Source: Treponema sp.
GTDB lineage: Bacteria > Spirochaetota > Spirochaetia > Treponematales > Breznakiellaceae
Assembly (NCBI GenBank): GCA_031288975.1
Contig: JAITQK010000066.1
Span: 1-40,056 of the forward strand
Direction of reading: 5' to 3'
Length of the DNA: 40,056 nt
Position 1 is the stretch's first letter; each line of letters starts with the position of its first letter. Both the position numbers and the translations under genes were made by a program. Below are positions 26,886 through 37,079 of this stretch, one piece after another. The notes under the pieces were generated by a model, which worked only from the letters and a program-made list of their open reading frames with translations, was not told where the DNA came from and did no database searches.

Positions 26886-28235
26886 CTACTTCCCTTCCTC
26901 CAAGGTGGCTAGTTTCCGTTGCAGGGTTTTGCGGCCGATGCCAAGTACCGCAGCGGTCCTGCTCTTATTCCCCTTGAGCATGGACAAGGTATCCCGTAGG
27001 ATGATCTGCTCTCCTTCCGCCAGGGTGGCGCCCAGGGGGATGCGTATCCAACCCTCCTCGTGCTGGGTCCGCAGGGTGGGGGGTAGGTCCGCCTCGGTGA
27101 TGACCTGCCCCTTGGCCATGACCACGGCGCTTTCCATGCAGTTCCGCAGTTCCCGGACGTTGCCGGGCCAGTCGTAGGCATACAGGGCAGCACGGGCCTT
27201 GTCATCGATGCTGTCCACGGGCTTGCTGTTTTCCTGGGCAAACTCCTTTAAAAACGAGGTGATGAGCAGCGGGAGGTCATCTTTCCGTTCCCGCAAGGGG
27301 GGGACGAGGATACTCACGACGTTGAGCCGAAAATAGAGATCCTCCCGGAAATTCCCCTGCTCTATCTCCGCTTTTAAGTCCTTGTTCGTAGCCGCCACTA
27401 TCCGCACGTCGGTCTCTATGGATTCTTCCCCACCCACCCGCTCGAAGCGCTTTTCCTGGAGGACCCGCAGGAGTTTTATTTGGAGGTTCTGGTCGATTTC
27501 CCCGATTTCATCCAGGAACAGGGTTCCCTCGTGGGCAAGCTCAAAGCGGCCCCGCTTCCGGCTGGTGGCGCCGGTAAAGCTGCCTTTCTCATGGCCAAAA
27601 AGTTCACTTTCCAGGAGGCTGGCGGCCAGGGCTGCGCAGTGGACTTTGATGAGGGGTTTGCCCTTGCGGGGGGACAGCTCATGCAAGGCATCGGCCACCA
27701 GTTCTTTGCCTACGCCGGATTCACCGGTGATGAGGACTGAGGCTTTGGCGGGGGCCACACGACTGATAGTGTCAAAGACGCGGCGCATGGGTGCGCTGGT
27801 GCCGATGATGGTTTCAAAGGGTTTGTGCTTGGCAAGTTCCTCTTCCATGCGGCGGTGCTGCAGTTCCAGCTCCCGGCTCTTGAGTGCCCGCTTCACCAAG
27901 AGGGAGAGACGGTCCAGGTTGAGGGGTTTGGTGAGGAAATCGTAGGCCCCCTGGCGCATAGCTTCTACGGCGGTCTCCACGGTACCGTGGCCGGTGAGGA
28001 CGATGACAGGGATGCCCGGGGTTTCGGCGTTGATGCGTTTGAGCAGCTCGGTACCGTTAAGCCCGGTCATGCGAAGGTCGGTGATGACTAGGTCAATGTC
28101 CCCTTTCTGAAAGCGTTTCCACGCGGCGTCTCCAGCGGCTGCGGTTTCCACGGTGTAGCCGTCCAGTTCCAGGGCGGCAGCGAGTCCTTCCCTGATGTTC
28201 TTTTCATCATCTACCACGAGGAGTTTAATGCCCAT
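26886..28235 (-). CDS. Sigma-54-dependent response regulator (NtrC family: REC, AAA+ sigma54-activator domain, Fis-type HTH)
   Basis: Start trimmed to 'MGIKLLVVDDE' (GGAGG RBS). Motifs 'GESGVGKELVADALHE', 'GAFTGA', 'ELFGHEKGSFTGA'. C-terminal 'RTAAVLGIGRKTLQRKL'. Confidence 0.9.
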   Translation of the reverse strand: MGIKLLVVDDEKNIREGLAAALELDGYTVETAAAGDAAWKRFQKGDIDLVITDLRMTGLNGTELLKRINAETPGIPVIVLTGHGTVETAVEAMRQGAYDFLTKPLNLDRLSLLVKRALKSRELELQHRRMEEELAKHKPFETIIGTSAPMRRVFDTISRVAPAKASVLITGESGVGKELVADALHELSPRKGKPLIKVHCAALAASLLESELFGHEKGSFTGATSRKRGRFELAHEGTLFLDEIGEIDQNLQIKLLRVLQEKRFERVGGEESIETDVRIVAATNKDLKAEIEQGNFREDLYFRLNVVSILVPPLRERKDDLPLLITSFLKEFAQENSKPVDSIDDKARAALYAYDWPGNVRELRNCMESAVVMAKGQVITEADLPPTLRTQHEEGWIRIPLGATLAEGEQIILRDTLSMLKGNKSRTAAVLGIGRKTLQRKLATLEEGK

Positions 28236-29394
28236 GGGGGCCTCCGTAGCTGATAAGGCGCCGTTCTTTCTGGGGGATGGGCAGGAGGATGCGGAAGCAG
28301 GCACCGGTTCCTTCCCGGGATTTCACGGTGATTTCCCCCTGGTGTTCCCGGATGATCTTGTAGACCAGGGTGAGGCCGAGGCCTGAACCGGTTTCAGTGG
28401 TGGTAAAATACGGCTCGAATATTTTGGACAGGTGGGCTTCAGGGATGCCTGAGCCAGTATCGGTGATGCTGATGCTGAGGGTGGTGTCCTGGGCTTCGGT
28501 TTTGATGTTCAGGGCGCCGCCTTGGGGCATGGCAGTGATGGCGTTTTTGATGAGGTTGAGGAGGGCTTGTTTCATGCACCGTTCATCAAACTCGATGAGG
28601 GGGAGCTGTGCTGCCAGGTCCAGAGTGCAGATGATGTGGGCTGCTTCCAGCTCGAAAGAGACAAAGCCGACGAGTTCCTCTATCAGGGTGTTGAGGTTCC
28701 CTTCATGGAGGTCCATGTTCATGGGCCGGACGGCAAAGAGGAAATCCACCACGATGTGGTTGAGGCGGTCGATTTCTTCGTTCACCACGCCGAGGTAGGT
28801 GTCCAGGATGGCGTGCCCTGGTCCTTGGGCGGCCAGGGTTTTCTGAATCAACTGGATGTGGATGGACAGAGAACCCAGGGGATTCTTGATTTCATGGGCT
28901 ACGCCGGCGGCGAGGGTGGTGAGACTGGCCAGGCTTTCCATGCGCCGCAACTGAGCTGCTTTGCTTCGTTTTTCGGTGATATCTTCGATATAGATGAGGG
29001 ACCCTGAGACCTGGTGGTCCCGGACCAGGGGCAGGACACTGATGCTCAGGAGTCGTTCGATACCCTTTACCTCCACGGCAAACTCCCGGTCTTCGACGCG
29101 GTCGCCGGTGAGGAGGGTGGTTTCAAGAAAGGCTGCTACCCCTTCTTCCCGAACCACAGACCAGAGGGGTTCATCCCCCTGGTCATAGTGGGTGATGGGG
29201 AAGAAACGTTCGGCGTATTTATTGGCCAGGACGAGGTTATGATTCGGGTCGCACACGAGTATCCCCTGGGCCAGGGAATCCAACACGGTTTCCAGGCGGT
29301 CTATTTCAGTGGCCGCTGAGATGAGGAGGTCCTGGGTCTGTTCCGCCGTCATCTTGGGGAGTTTTTTTAAGGCCCGTTTGATAAAGTCTCGCAT
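28225..29394 (-). CDS. Sensor histidine kinase (PAS, HisKA, HATPase_c; no TM, so cytoplasmic)
   Basis: H-box 'LAAGVAHEIKNPL'. N/G boxes 'LLNLIKNAI', 'DTGSGIP', 'GSGLGLT'. Overlaps the response-regulator start by 11 nt. Confidence 0.85.
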   Translation of the reverse strand: MRDFIKRALKKLPKMTAEQTQDLLISAATEIDRLETVLDSLAQGILVCDPNHNLVLANKYAERFFPITHYDQGDEPLWSVVREEGVAAFLETTLLTGDRVEDREFAVEVKGIERLLSISVLPLVRDHQVSGSLIYIEDITEKRSKAAQLRRMESLASLTTLAAGVAHEIKNPLGSLSIHIQLIQKTLAAQGPGHAILDTYLGVVNEEIDRLNHIVVDFLFAVRPMNMDLHEGNLNTLIEELVGFVSFELEAAHIICTLDLAAQLPLIEFDERCMKQALLNLIKNAITAMPQGGALNIKTEAQDTTLSISITDTGSGIPEAHLSKIFEPYFTTTETGSGLGLTLVYKIIREHQGEITVKSREGTGACFRILLPIPQKERRLISYGGPHGH

Positions 29395-29413
29395 GGGGGT
29401 ATACTCCTACTGC

Positions 29414-30022
29414 CTAGCTGTTCTCCGCTTCCATGCCGGGGACGGCTGGAGGTACCCTGTAGGGCGCGGTTCCTAGGGGGTCTGGCGCTCCCTGCCCTAC
29501 TGTTGGCATGGGTAATAACGCTGGCGCCGGTATACTTGGCAAGGTTCCTGGGGCTGGCGTAAGTGGTACTATTCCAGTCGGTGGTCCTCCTATCGTGTCT
29601 GGCAGCGTTCCTGCCGATGCTCCCCATATCGGGTCTGGTACTATTCCCGCAGGCGCTCCTCCTATTGTGTCTGGTAGTGTTCCTGCAGACGCTCCCGCTG
29701 TTGAAAGCGGTACGCTTACCGGTGCAGGGACCTTCACCGGAGGTGCTTCACGCAGACAGAAGAGCTTAATCCCCTCATCAGGGAAACGCTGCTTTACCGC
29801 GGCTATGGCCCGCTCAATGCCGCGGGCCTCCTCTTCCTCACACCAGACCACCAAGGAGAAGTTCTCTTCAGGCCATATCGCATCCCCCATGTGGGGACCG
29901 GCGGAACCGACCCCGAACACGGTGGGATATTTGGTATAAAACTTCCCCACCCCCTCATCCCGAAAGGCATCCAGGATGTTCTCCTCCACCGAATGGTTGG
30001 CCATAAGTTCAAGGCGCATCAT
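29414..30022 (-). CDS. P-II-like small protein (possibly DUF3240-type, associated with CzcA/RND pumps) with a Pro/Gly/Thr-rich repetitive C-terminal tail
   Basis: ATGA overlap with the RND stop. The N-terminal ~95 aa are compact ('HSVEENILDAFRDEGVGKFYT...VVWCEEEEARGIERAIAAVKQRF'). The C-terminal ~100 aa are low complexity with a 24-aa repeat 'SAGTLPDTIGGxPxGIVP'. Family assignment tentative. Confidence 0.5.
   Translation of the reverse strand: MMRLELMANHSVEENILDAFRDEGVGKFYTKYPTVFGVGSAGPHMGDAIWPEENFSLVVWCEEEEARGIERAIAAVKQRFPDEGIKLFCLREAPPVKVPAPVSVPLSTAGASAGTLPDTIGGAPAGIVPDPIWGASAGTLPDTIGGPPTGIVPLTPAPGTLPSIPAPALLPMPTVGQGAPDPLGTAPYRVPPAVPGMEAENS
29530..29708. repeat. 72-bp tandem duplication (x2, plus a partial copy) encoding the Pro-rich tail
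   Basis: 'ggtactattccagtcggtggtcctcctatcgtgtctggcagcgttcctgccgatgctccccatatcgggtct' is followed by a near-identical 72-mer. Confidence 0.6.
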
Positions 30023-33000
30023 ATCTCGACCTCTTGCAATTGGACCCCTCCCCCAAGACGCGCCACTTTGGGTGGCTGCTCAGGACTGAGGCCCCCCTGG
30101 GTCTTGGCCTGCTTCTTGGAAATACCTGCTGCAATGCGCTGTCGCCGTGCCTCAGCCTTAGCCCGCCGCTCATCAGAACGCTTGTTCATGATGGAGTATA
30201 TTGTGGGCATGAGGAACAGGGTCATCAGGGTGCCGAAGGAAAGGCCCCCCAGCACGGTCTTGCCGATAGGCGCCACCATTTCCGACCCTTCCCCGGGGAA
30301 GAAGGCCATGGGCACGAGGCCCAGGATGGTGGTGAGGGTGGACATGAGTATGGGCCGCAAGCGGTTCCCCCCTGCTTCCACACACGCATCGTGGAGGCTA
30401 TACCCCCGCTTGCGGAGGAGGTTCGTGTAGTCCACCAGCACGATGCCGTTGTTCACGATAACCCCCACCAACACCAGCAGTCCCACTGCGGTGAGCACGT
30501 TGAAGGTCGTCCCGGTGATGAGGTAAATCGCCACAATGCCAATGAGGGACAGGGGAATGGTCATCAGGATGATGAAGGGGTCCTTAAAGGATTCAAAGAG
30601 ACTGGCCATCACCCCAAACACCAGGAAGATTGCCACAATGATGATGAGCACGAAGTTCCCCATCATCTTCATCATCTCCGCATTGTCCCCGCTCATTTCG
30701 ATGATCACATCGTCCTCTGCAGGAATCTCCGCGCTTATCAGGCCCCGGACCAGCACCTCCAGATCGTTGAGCTTGGTCCCCGGCACTACGCCTGCAGTAA
30801 CGTGAATGACCCGACTCTGGTTCTCCCGCGAGATGGTCATGGGACCGGTGCTCTGTTTGTAAGAGGCAAAACTGGAAAGAGGCACCCTGCCTGCCAGTTG
30901 GCTGTTCACAAAGATGTGGTCCAAGGCAGGCCGGGTACTCCGGTCCGCCTCTGCCAGGATGAGTACCACATCGTAGTCGTGACTCCCAGACTTATACCGC
31001 GTAGCCGTGATGCCGTCCACTGCGGCCTTTATCTCGTTCCCCACGGTGTAGGTGCTCAGGCCCAGGGCGTAGAGCCGTTCCCGGTCAAGCTCAATCTCGA
31101 TTTGGGGCAGCCCATCCTTGAGGTCCACCTGCGGCTCAGTAATCGCGGGAATCCGTTCCTTGAGAAGCAGGGCAATCCGTTCCCCAATGGCCTTACCCTT
31201 CACCAGGTCTTCGGTTCTGATGATGATGTCCACTGGATTCCCGTTACCCATGCCCATGCCGCTGCTGCCAAAGGCAATGGAGACCCCAGGGAATTCCCGG
31301 AAATGGGTACGCATCTTGGCCTTTATATCCTCGGCACTATCAATACGCTCTGCAAAGTCAGGCAGGTTTATCCGCACCGAACCGGTGTTGCTGGACCCGC
31401 TGTTAAAAAAGCCCCCACCCCCGCCGGCGTTCAGCACTATCCGCTTGTAGCCCTGGACTTCCCGCTCCACAACGGCCTGGATCTGTTGCAAGATCGCCTC
31501 TGTCTCTGCCAGGGGTGTGCCCATCGGTAAAGTCGCGTTAATCGTCACCGAATCCGCCGCCTGCTGGGGCATGAATTCCCATCCTACCTTGGGTATCATC
31601 ACAATACTCCCCGCCAGGAGCGCAACCAGGACCAGAATAACCCAGACCTTGTGGCGCAGCACCCCGTCAATGCCCCGGCGGTAGCTCCCGTCAAGCCAGG
31701 AGAAAAAGCGCTCGAAGCCATCGTTGATACCAACCAGCGGACCCCGCAGGGGTTTCTGTTTCCGGGTAACCAAGGGGAGGTAATGGCTGGACAATACCGG
31801 CACCAGCACAATGGCCACAAACAGGGAAATCCCCAGGGAGATAACCACCGTAAAGGCCAGGCCCGCAAAGAGTTCCCCTGCCATCTCAAGCAGGCCCTGG
31901 AACATCACCAGGGGCGCAAACACGCAAATAGTGGTGAGGGTGGAGGCAACAATAGCGATGATCATCTCCGAGGTCCCCAGTATCGCCGCAGCCCCCAGCT
32001 TCGCCCCCTTCTCGCGGTACCGGTAGATATTCTCCAGAATCACAATGGAGTTATCCACCAGCATCCCAATCCCCAGTACCAGGCCCGCCAGGGTCATGAG
32101 GTTCAGGGTTAAGCCTGCAAAGTACATCACCATCAGCGTCAGTATCAGGGAAACCGGAATACTCAAGCCGATAATCAGCGTCGGCTTTACCGACCGGAGG
32201 AAGATGAACAGGATGAGCACCGCCAGCAGCGCCCCGGAAATGGCCGTGGAACTCACCTGGTTCAGGGAGTTCTCTATCTGGTCCGTGCTGTTGTAGATCT
32301 CCGTAATCTTGATATCTTGGGGAAGCTCCTGGGTCATCCGGGTCAGCCGGGCCCGCAGTTCCTTGGCAGTTTGCACCGAATTCTTCCCACTCTGCTTCTG
32401 CACCGACATCTGTACCGCCGCTACCCCGTTCACATAGACCGTATTCGTTTCATCCCGAAAGCCCTCGTACACATCCGCAATATCCCGCAGGAACACGCTT
32501 CGGGGCAGCTCTGCCTCCCCATTCACCACGCCCCCGCCTTTGTAGGAAATCACCGTGTTCTTAATCTGCTCCAGCGACGTATATTCACCCATGGTATTAA
32601 GCAGATAGGACAGCCCCCCTTCGGTGATGGTCCCCGCTGCAACCTGCATATTCTGCGCCGCCAGCATCGTCTGCACCGCCGTTACGGTCAGCCCGTAGGC
32701 CTCAAGCCTGCTCTGGGGAATCTCCACCCGGATGATCTTCTCCCGTCCTCCGTTGACCGAGGCAGTCGCCACCCCCGGGGTCTGTTCAATCCGGGGGACA
32801 ATCGTGTCCTCCGCAATCTCCCGTAACTCCTCGGGAGTACGGTTCCCCGTTACCATCAGCCCCATAATCGGCATCATGGAAGGGTCAAACTTAAAGAGCA
32901 TGGGGGAATCCGCCCCATCAGGCATATAGTTCCGTGTCCGTTCCAGCGCATCCCGTACCGAATTGGACGCATCTGCCAGGTCTGTGCCGTAGGTAAACTC

Positions 33001-33279
33001 CAGCACCACCAGACTGGAACCCTTGGAAGACGTGGACGTTACCTTCTCAAGACTCGACACACTGGACAGCGCCGCCTCCAGTACCCGCGTCACATTGCGC
33101 TCCACTTCCTCCGGCCCCGCTCCCGTATAGGTGGTCATTACCGCCAGGTAGGGAGGGTTAATCTCAGGAAACAGGTCAATAGGCAGGTTTACCAGGGCAA
33201 AAACCCCCAGTCCGATAAGCAACGCGAAAATGATCAACATAGTCGTGGGCCGTGAAACCACGGTTTTGGCTACACTCAT
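30019..33279 (-). CDS. RND-family efflux transporter permease (AcrB/CzcA-like)
   Basis: 1086 aa, 12-TM architecture. The N-terminus 'MSVAKTVVSRPTTMLIIFALLIGLGVFALVNLPIDLFPEINPP' is typical of AcrB/HAE1. Confidence 0.9.
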   Translation of the reverse strand: MSVAKTVVSRPTTMLIIFALLIGLGVFALVNLPIDLFPEINPPYLAVMTTYTGAGPEEVERNVTRVLEAALSSVSSLEKVTSTSSKGSSLVVLEFTYGTDLADASNSVRDALERTRNYMPDGADSPMLFKFDPSMMPIMGLMVTGNRTPEELREIAEDTIVPRIEQTPGVATASVNGGREKIIRVEIPQSRLEAYGLTVTAVQTMLAAQNMQVAAGTITEGGLSYLLNTMGEYTSLEQIKNTVISYKGGGVVNGEAELPRSVFLRDIADVYEGFRDETNTVYVNGVAAVQMSVQKQSGKNSVQTAKELRARLTRMTQELPQDIKITEIYNSTDQIENSLNQVSSTAISGALLAVLILFIFLRSVKPTLIIGLSIPVSLILTLMVMYFAGLTLNLMTLAGLVLGIGMLVDNSIVILENIYRYREKGAKLGAAAILGTSEMIIAIVASTLTTICVFAPLVMFQGLLEMAGELFAGLAFTVVISLGISLFVAIVLVPVLSSHYLPLVTRKQKPLRGPLVGINDGFERFFSWLDGSYRRGIDGVLRHKVWVILVLVALLAGSIVMIPKVGWEFMPQQAADSVTINATLPMGTPLAETEAILQQIQAVVEREVQGYKRIVLNAGGGGGFFNSGSSNTGSVRINLPDFAERIDSAEDIKAKMRTHFREFPGVSIAFGSSGMGMGNGNPVDIIIRTEDLVKGKAIGERIALLLKERIPAITEPQVDLKDGLPQIEIELDRERLYALGLSTYTVGNEIKAAVDGITATRYKSGSHDYDVVLILAEADRSTRPALDHIFVNSQLAGRVPLSSFASYKQSTGPMTISRENQSRVIHVTAGVVPGTKLNDLEVLVRGLISAEIPAEDDVIIEMSGDNAEMMKMMGNFVLIIIVAIFLVFGVMASLFESFKDPFIILMTIPLSLIGIVAIYLITGTTFNVLTAVGLLVLVGVIVNNGIVLVDYTNLLRKRGYSLHDACVEAGGNRLRPILMSTLTTILGLVPMAFFPGEGSEMVAPIGKTVLGGLSFGTLMTLFLMPTIYSIMNKRSDERRAKAEARRQRIAAGISKKQAKTQGGLSPEQPPKVARLGGGVQLQEVEI

Positions 33280-33302
33280 AATGACTCCCTTAAAAATACC
33301 CT

Positions 33303-34295
33303 TTAGTTGGCGCTCAACGGCGCCACACGGTCAATCACATTAATCCGGGCGCCATCCTCAAGCAGCGTCTGGCCCCGAATCACAATTTCTTCATCCGGGG
33401 AAAGCCCGTCCTGAACTTCCAGCACCCCATCGATGAGGATACCCGGCGTGATACCTTTCCGCCGGGCAACCCTGAACGCCGGGTCCCGGGGATCCGTTTC
33501 CAGGCTGAACACATAGGGTTCCCCAAAGCGCTGGATCATCGCCGCAGCGGGAATCTTCACGATGTGGTCTTTCCGCTCAGTAATCACCTTGACCTTGGCA
33601 AACATCCCCGCCTTGAGCCGGGATCCCGGATTATCCACATTGACCGTTATCTCCATGGTCCTGGACGCAGGGTCAACCACCGGACTTATCTCAGAGACGC
33701 TCCCTCGGAACACTTCCCCTGGATAGGCATCAAGGGTAATCTCGCAGCGCTGGTTCAGCGTTATCCGGGAAATGAACCGCTCCGCCACATAGAGCTTGAT
33801 TTCCAAGCCCTGCTCACCGGTAATCCGGGCCAGGGACATGGCCTGGCTGATGGTCATGCCCACCTTGGCGGGGAGCGCCACCACAATCCCCGCTATTGGA
33901 GACCGTGCTATGCCGGGAACGTAGGTCACCCCCGGTTTTGAAGGGTCCACCTGGGCAATAGGGGCATTTTTGGCAACCCGGCTGCCCACGGTAACATAGA
34001 GGCGGGTAATCTTGCCCGCCACATCGGAATAGGTATCCACGGTGGAACCAGCCACAATGTCCCCGGCAAGGGCGAGGTAGTCCTGGATCTGCCCGCTAAT
34101 GGCGGTGGTCGTATTCACCGCAAAGACCGGCACGTCCGGAGCCGCTCCACCCGCTCCTGACCCGGCCTTGGCTTTATTGCCCCCGAGCTGGTCGCAGCCG
34201 GCTATGAGCAGTACCCCCAGGACAAGTCCCAGGATACTTAACCCGGTGTGCACCTCATGGTACCCCTGGGCATCGTTTGTATATATCTTTTTCAT
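33303..34295 (-). CDS. RND efflux periplasmic adaptor (membrane-fusion protein), lipoprotein
   Basis: Lipobox 'LLIAGC'. HlyD/MFP beta-barrel and lipoyl-like regions. Confidence 0.8.
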   Translation of the reverse strand: MKKIYTNDAQGYHEVHTGLSILGLVLGVLLIAGCDQLGGNKAKAGSGAGGAAPDVPVFAVNTTTAISGQIQDYLALAGDIVAGSTVDTYSDVAGKITRLYVTVGSRVAKNAPIAQVDPSKPGVTYVPGIARSPIAGIVVALPAKVGMTISQAMSLARITGEQGLEIKLYVAERFISRITLNQRCEITLDAYPGEVFRGSVSEISPVVDPASRTMEITVNVDNPGSRLKAGMFAKVKVITERKDHIVKIPAAAMIQRFGEPYVFSLETDPRDPAFRVARRKGITPGILIDGVLEVQDGLSPDEEIVIRGQTLLEDGARINVIDRVAPLSAN

Positions 34296-34306
34296 ATTGC
34301 TTCCTT

Positions 34307-35722
34307 TTATCGTATACTCCCTGACAGCGTTTTGAAAGGAACCCCGATGGTATATTCCAGATCGATAAGATTCATCATATAATTATACTCTTCCTGTACC
34401 ACAGCAAAGCGTGCGTTGGTAAGCTCCGATTGGCTGGCCTGGAGGGTGAGGAGGTCCTGTAAACCTGCCCGGTAAGCCTGCTCGGTTAATGAGGCGGAAC
34501 GTTCGGCCAGGTTCGCGTTTTGCCGCAGCACCTCAAGGCTTGTCTGGGATTTTTCTAATTTGAGAATCGTGGAGTATATCTCCACCTCCGTTCCCCGGAT
34601 GGTCTGGGCCAAGGCGATATTGAGGCTCCGCAGGTTATCATCCATGTCCGCAAGCCCCTGCCGGGCGCTCCCAAAGGGGAAGAGGTTGTTCAGACTGTAG
34701 CTGAGGGTAACCCTGAACAGCCCTGAACTGGACCATACCCCATTAGACCAGCCATCCCCTGTCCAGGGGTTACGCACCGTGGGGTCCATATTCCACCCTA
34801 GAGAAAGATTCGGGGTAAAGGCCTGATAGAACCTGGCTTTCCGGGCGCTTTGGATTACCAGGATATTCTGCCTGAGTTCCTCAATATCGGGCTTCTCCGA
34901 GGCGGCTCGGGAAATGAGGGCCGCCGCGTCAAGCTCTACCACCCCGGGCATCTGTGCAGGTTCAAGCTCGATTTCTGTCCCTGAAGGCAACCCCAGATTC
35001 ATGGCAAAGACGGCGATGCTCGACTTAATCCCGTTTTCCAGCTCCACCATGTTGGGCTTTATGTTGGCCAGAGAAACCTGGGCCTGCAGCAGGGTCAGTT
35101 CCGGGACAAGCCCGGCCCGGTAATTTGCCTGGGCAGTCTCGACCCGCCGTTCCGCCATGGTGATCTGATCCTGCAAGAGGCCCCGCTGGTCCTGAAGAAG
35201 CAAGAGCTGAAAGTAGGTTTTACGGATATCCCGCTCAAGCTGAACCCGGGCCTTTTCAAAAGAGATAAGCCCAGCCTGATAATTCAGTTTGAGATTTTTC
35301 ATAGACTCAAAGAGGGCGAAGTTGAAGTTAAAGGAAATCGCAAGGTTCCCTGAGAGACTCCAGTGGTTTCCTTCATCAGTCTCAATGGTCATGAACTGGG
35401 GCGCTCCGCCAAACCAGGTCGTTACGGTCGCATCGCCGATCCGGTTCATCCTGCCCAAGGTGGCCGAAAGGTCCACCGTCGGGATGAAGACATTCCATGC
35501 CGTATCAGCAGCACGTTTTTTAGTGCTGCTCGCAACTCGTGCAGATTCCAGGCTGAGGTTGTTCTTGATGGCCAGGTCCACCGCCTCATCAAGGGAAAGT
35601 TTCCTCGTTTCAGCGAAGACAGCCCCCGGGACGGCGCACAACAAGGCGCATAGGAACAGGATGATTGCCGGACTGGGCAAATGGAATCGCCCCCCTCCGG
35701 CACCACGAATAATTTGGATCAT
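34307..35722 (-). CDS. TolC-family outer-membrane efflux protein
   Basis: Start trimmed to 'MIQII...' (AAGGAG RBS). Signal peptide, then two OEP repeats with 'LSLDEAVDLAIKNNLSLESA'. Confidence 0.8.
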   Translation of the reverse strand: MIQIIRGAGGGRFHLPSPAIILFLCALLCAVPGAVFAETRKLSLDEAVDLAIKNNLSLESARVASSTKKRAADTAWNVFIPTVDLSATLGRMNRIGDATVTTWFGGAPQFMTIETDEGNHWSLSGNLAISFNFNFALFESMKNLKLNYQAGLISFEKARVQLERDIRKTYFQLLLLQDQRGLLQDQITMAERRVETAQANYRAGLVPELTLLQAQVSLANIKPNMVELENGIKSSIAVFAMNLGLPSGTEIELEPAQMPGVVELDAAALISRAASEKPDIEELRQNILVIQSARKARFYQAFTPNLSLGWNMDPTVRNPWTGDGWSNGVWSSSGLFRVTLSYSLNNLFPFGSARQGLADMDDNLRSLNIALAQTIRGTEVEIYSTILKLEKSQTSLEVLRQNANLAERSASLTEQAYRAGLQDLLTLQASQSELTNARFAVVQEEYNYMMNLIDLEYTIGVPFKTLSGSIR

Positions 35723-35740
35723 AAATGAGACTCCTTTGAC

Positions 35741-35787
35741 CTGGGGAAACGTGTTTAACCACCGAATACCCCTGGTCAACCTGTAAT
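35741..35787. promoter_or_regulatory. Inverted repeat TTGACCTGGGG-N25-CCCCTGGTCAA between the TetR gene and the tolC-like gene. Candidate operator
   Basis: Read directly; the arms match 10/11. Confidence 0.35.
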
Positions 35788-35864
35788 ATAAGGCCCGCAT
35801 AGTGCGCGGCCATTTACGGCTTCTTGCCGTTTATCACCATATATTTGAGTATACCGCATACCCA

Positions 35865-37079
35865 TCATATAGTACATCCTTTTATACCTGAAACAATAAA
35901 CTTAAACAAGACCCTGATACTGCTGTTGGGCAGTTCCGAAAAGGCCATTCCTGCGGGACGGTGCATCAAGGTATTGACGATCAGGAAGAGTATCCATTGG
36001 GGAGTCAACTCTGAGGTGGTGCCGGAAGTATCCTGCTCCCCGGTGCTCCCCAGGCCCTGGATATCTGAAATGACCTGGTATACCCGGGAAGAAGCCGCTA
36101 TATGACCCAGGTCGAGCCGCCGGGTTCTGATCCAGTCAATTGCCACGAGAATTTCCGGCCGGGATCGGAGATAGTCAGCCATGGATATGATAACCAGATA
36201 CAACTGCTCTTCCGGCACCGCGGAGTGTTGTTTGCCAAGCTCCGCAAAGCGCACAATCCGGTCAAATTCGGTCAAAAAGAGCTGCCTCAGCATATCCTGC
36301 TTATTCTTAAAGTGGGAATAGAGGCTGCTTTTGGACAAACCCGAACGGCGGGCAACCATTTCCATGGAGGCGTTCCAGGGACCTGCCTCTGCCACCGCGC
36401 CGGCCACCGCCCGGAGCAGGCAATCCTCTTCAAAGTCATGGATGGTCCCGGAGATACGGTTTTCCAAGCCTTCATAATCTATGGCCTCTATCAGCTCTTT
36501 CTTAAACCCCAAACCAGTAGCCACTTTTTCTTCGGTCAAGGCAATGACGTACTGGATACGTTCCTCAGAAGGATGCTCGTCCAGGGTATGCTCGTGTTTA
36601 TGGAAATGGGCCATTATAAAGGTCAAGGTTGCCAGGATCAACTGAACCATCGACGGGTAGGTTTGTGTATCCGTTTTAAAACGGGCGAAACTGCTCAGGT
36701 CCACGCCCCGGCGCTTCAAATGGGCCGCCATATCCCTGCCTCCCACGACGGGATCACCGTATACCTGGATAAGGGAAAAGATAAAGGCATCCACGTTCCG
36801 GGCGTAATAATCAACAATGGTCCGCATCATGATAAAAAGGCTTTCCACCGCGTCCTGAGCGGCATGGGCTTTTTCGTACCAGGGCTTTATAAAAGCCGTG
36901 TATTCATCAAAGAAGGTTTCATACATGGCATTGAGGAGGGCCTGTTTATCTTGAAAATGCCGGTATATCGCGGGCTTACTGACCCCTAATTCCCGTGCAA
37001 GCGTGGTGAGACTGGTAGACTGATACAATTCCCGTCCCCATACCCTGAAGGCGGCCTTGATAATATCGTTCTTTGTCAT
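35865..37079 (-). CDS. Tandem (duplicated) TetR/AcrR-family transcriptional regulator with two HTH-plus-ligand modules in one polypeptide
   Basis: Two TetR N-terminal HTH signatures: 'IIKAAFRVWGRELYQSTSLTTLARELGVSKPAIYRHFQDKQALL' and 'LLRAVAGAVAEAGPWNASMEMVARRSGLSKSSLYSHFKNKQDML'. Start trimmed to 'MTKND' (my line-count places the ATG at 37078-37080, so ±1 nt). Confidence 0.75.
   Translation of the reverse strand: MTKNDIIKAAFRVWGRELYQSTSLTTLARELGVSKPAIYRHFQDKQALLNAMYETFFDEYTAFIKPWYEKAHAAQDAVESLFIMMRTIVDYYARNVDAFIFSLIQVYGDPVVGGRDMAAHLKRRGVDLSSFARFKTDTQTYPSMVQLILATLTFIMAHFHKHEHTLDEHPSEERIQYVIALTEEKVATGLGFKKELIEAIDYEGLENRISGTIHDFEEDCLLRAVAGAVAEAGPWNASMEMVARRSGLSKSSLYSHFKNKQDMLRQLFLTEFDRIVRFAELGKQHSAVPEEQLYLVIISMADYLRSRPEILVAIDWIRTRRLDLGHIAASSRVYQVISDIQGLGSTGEQDTSGTTSELTPQWILFLIVNTLMHRPAGMAFSELPNSSIRVLFKFIVSGIKGCTI

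Noticed and set aside
30034-31530. 498-aa plus-strand ORF
   Set aside because: Antisense to the RND pump gene. Low-complexity His/Gly-rich translation with no start context.
36102-36989. 295-aa plus-strand ORF
   Set aside because: Antisense to the tandem-TetR gene, which has clear HTH signatures on the minus strand.
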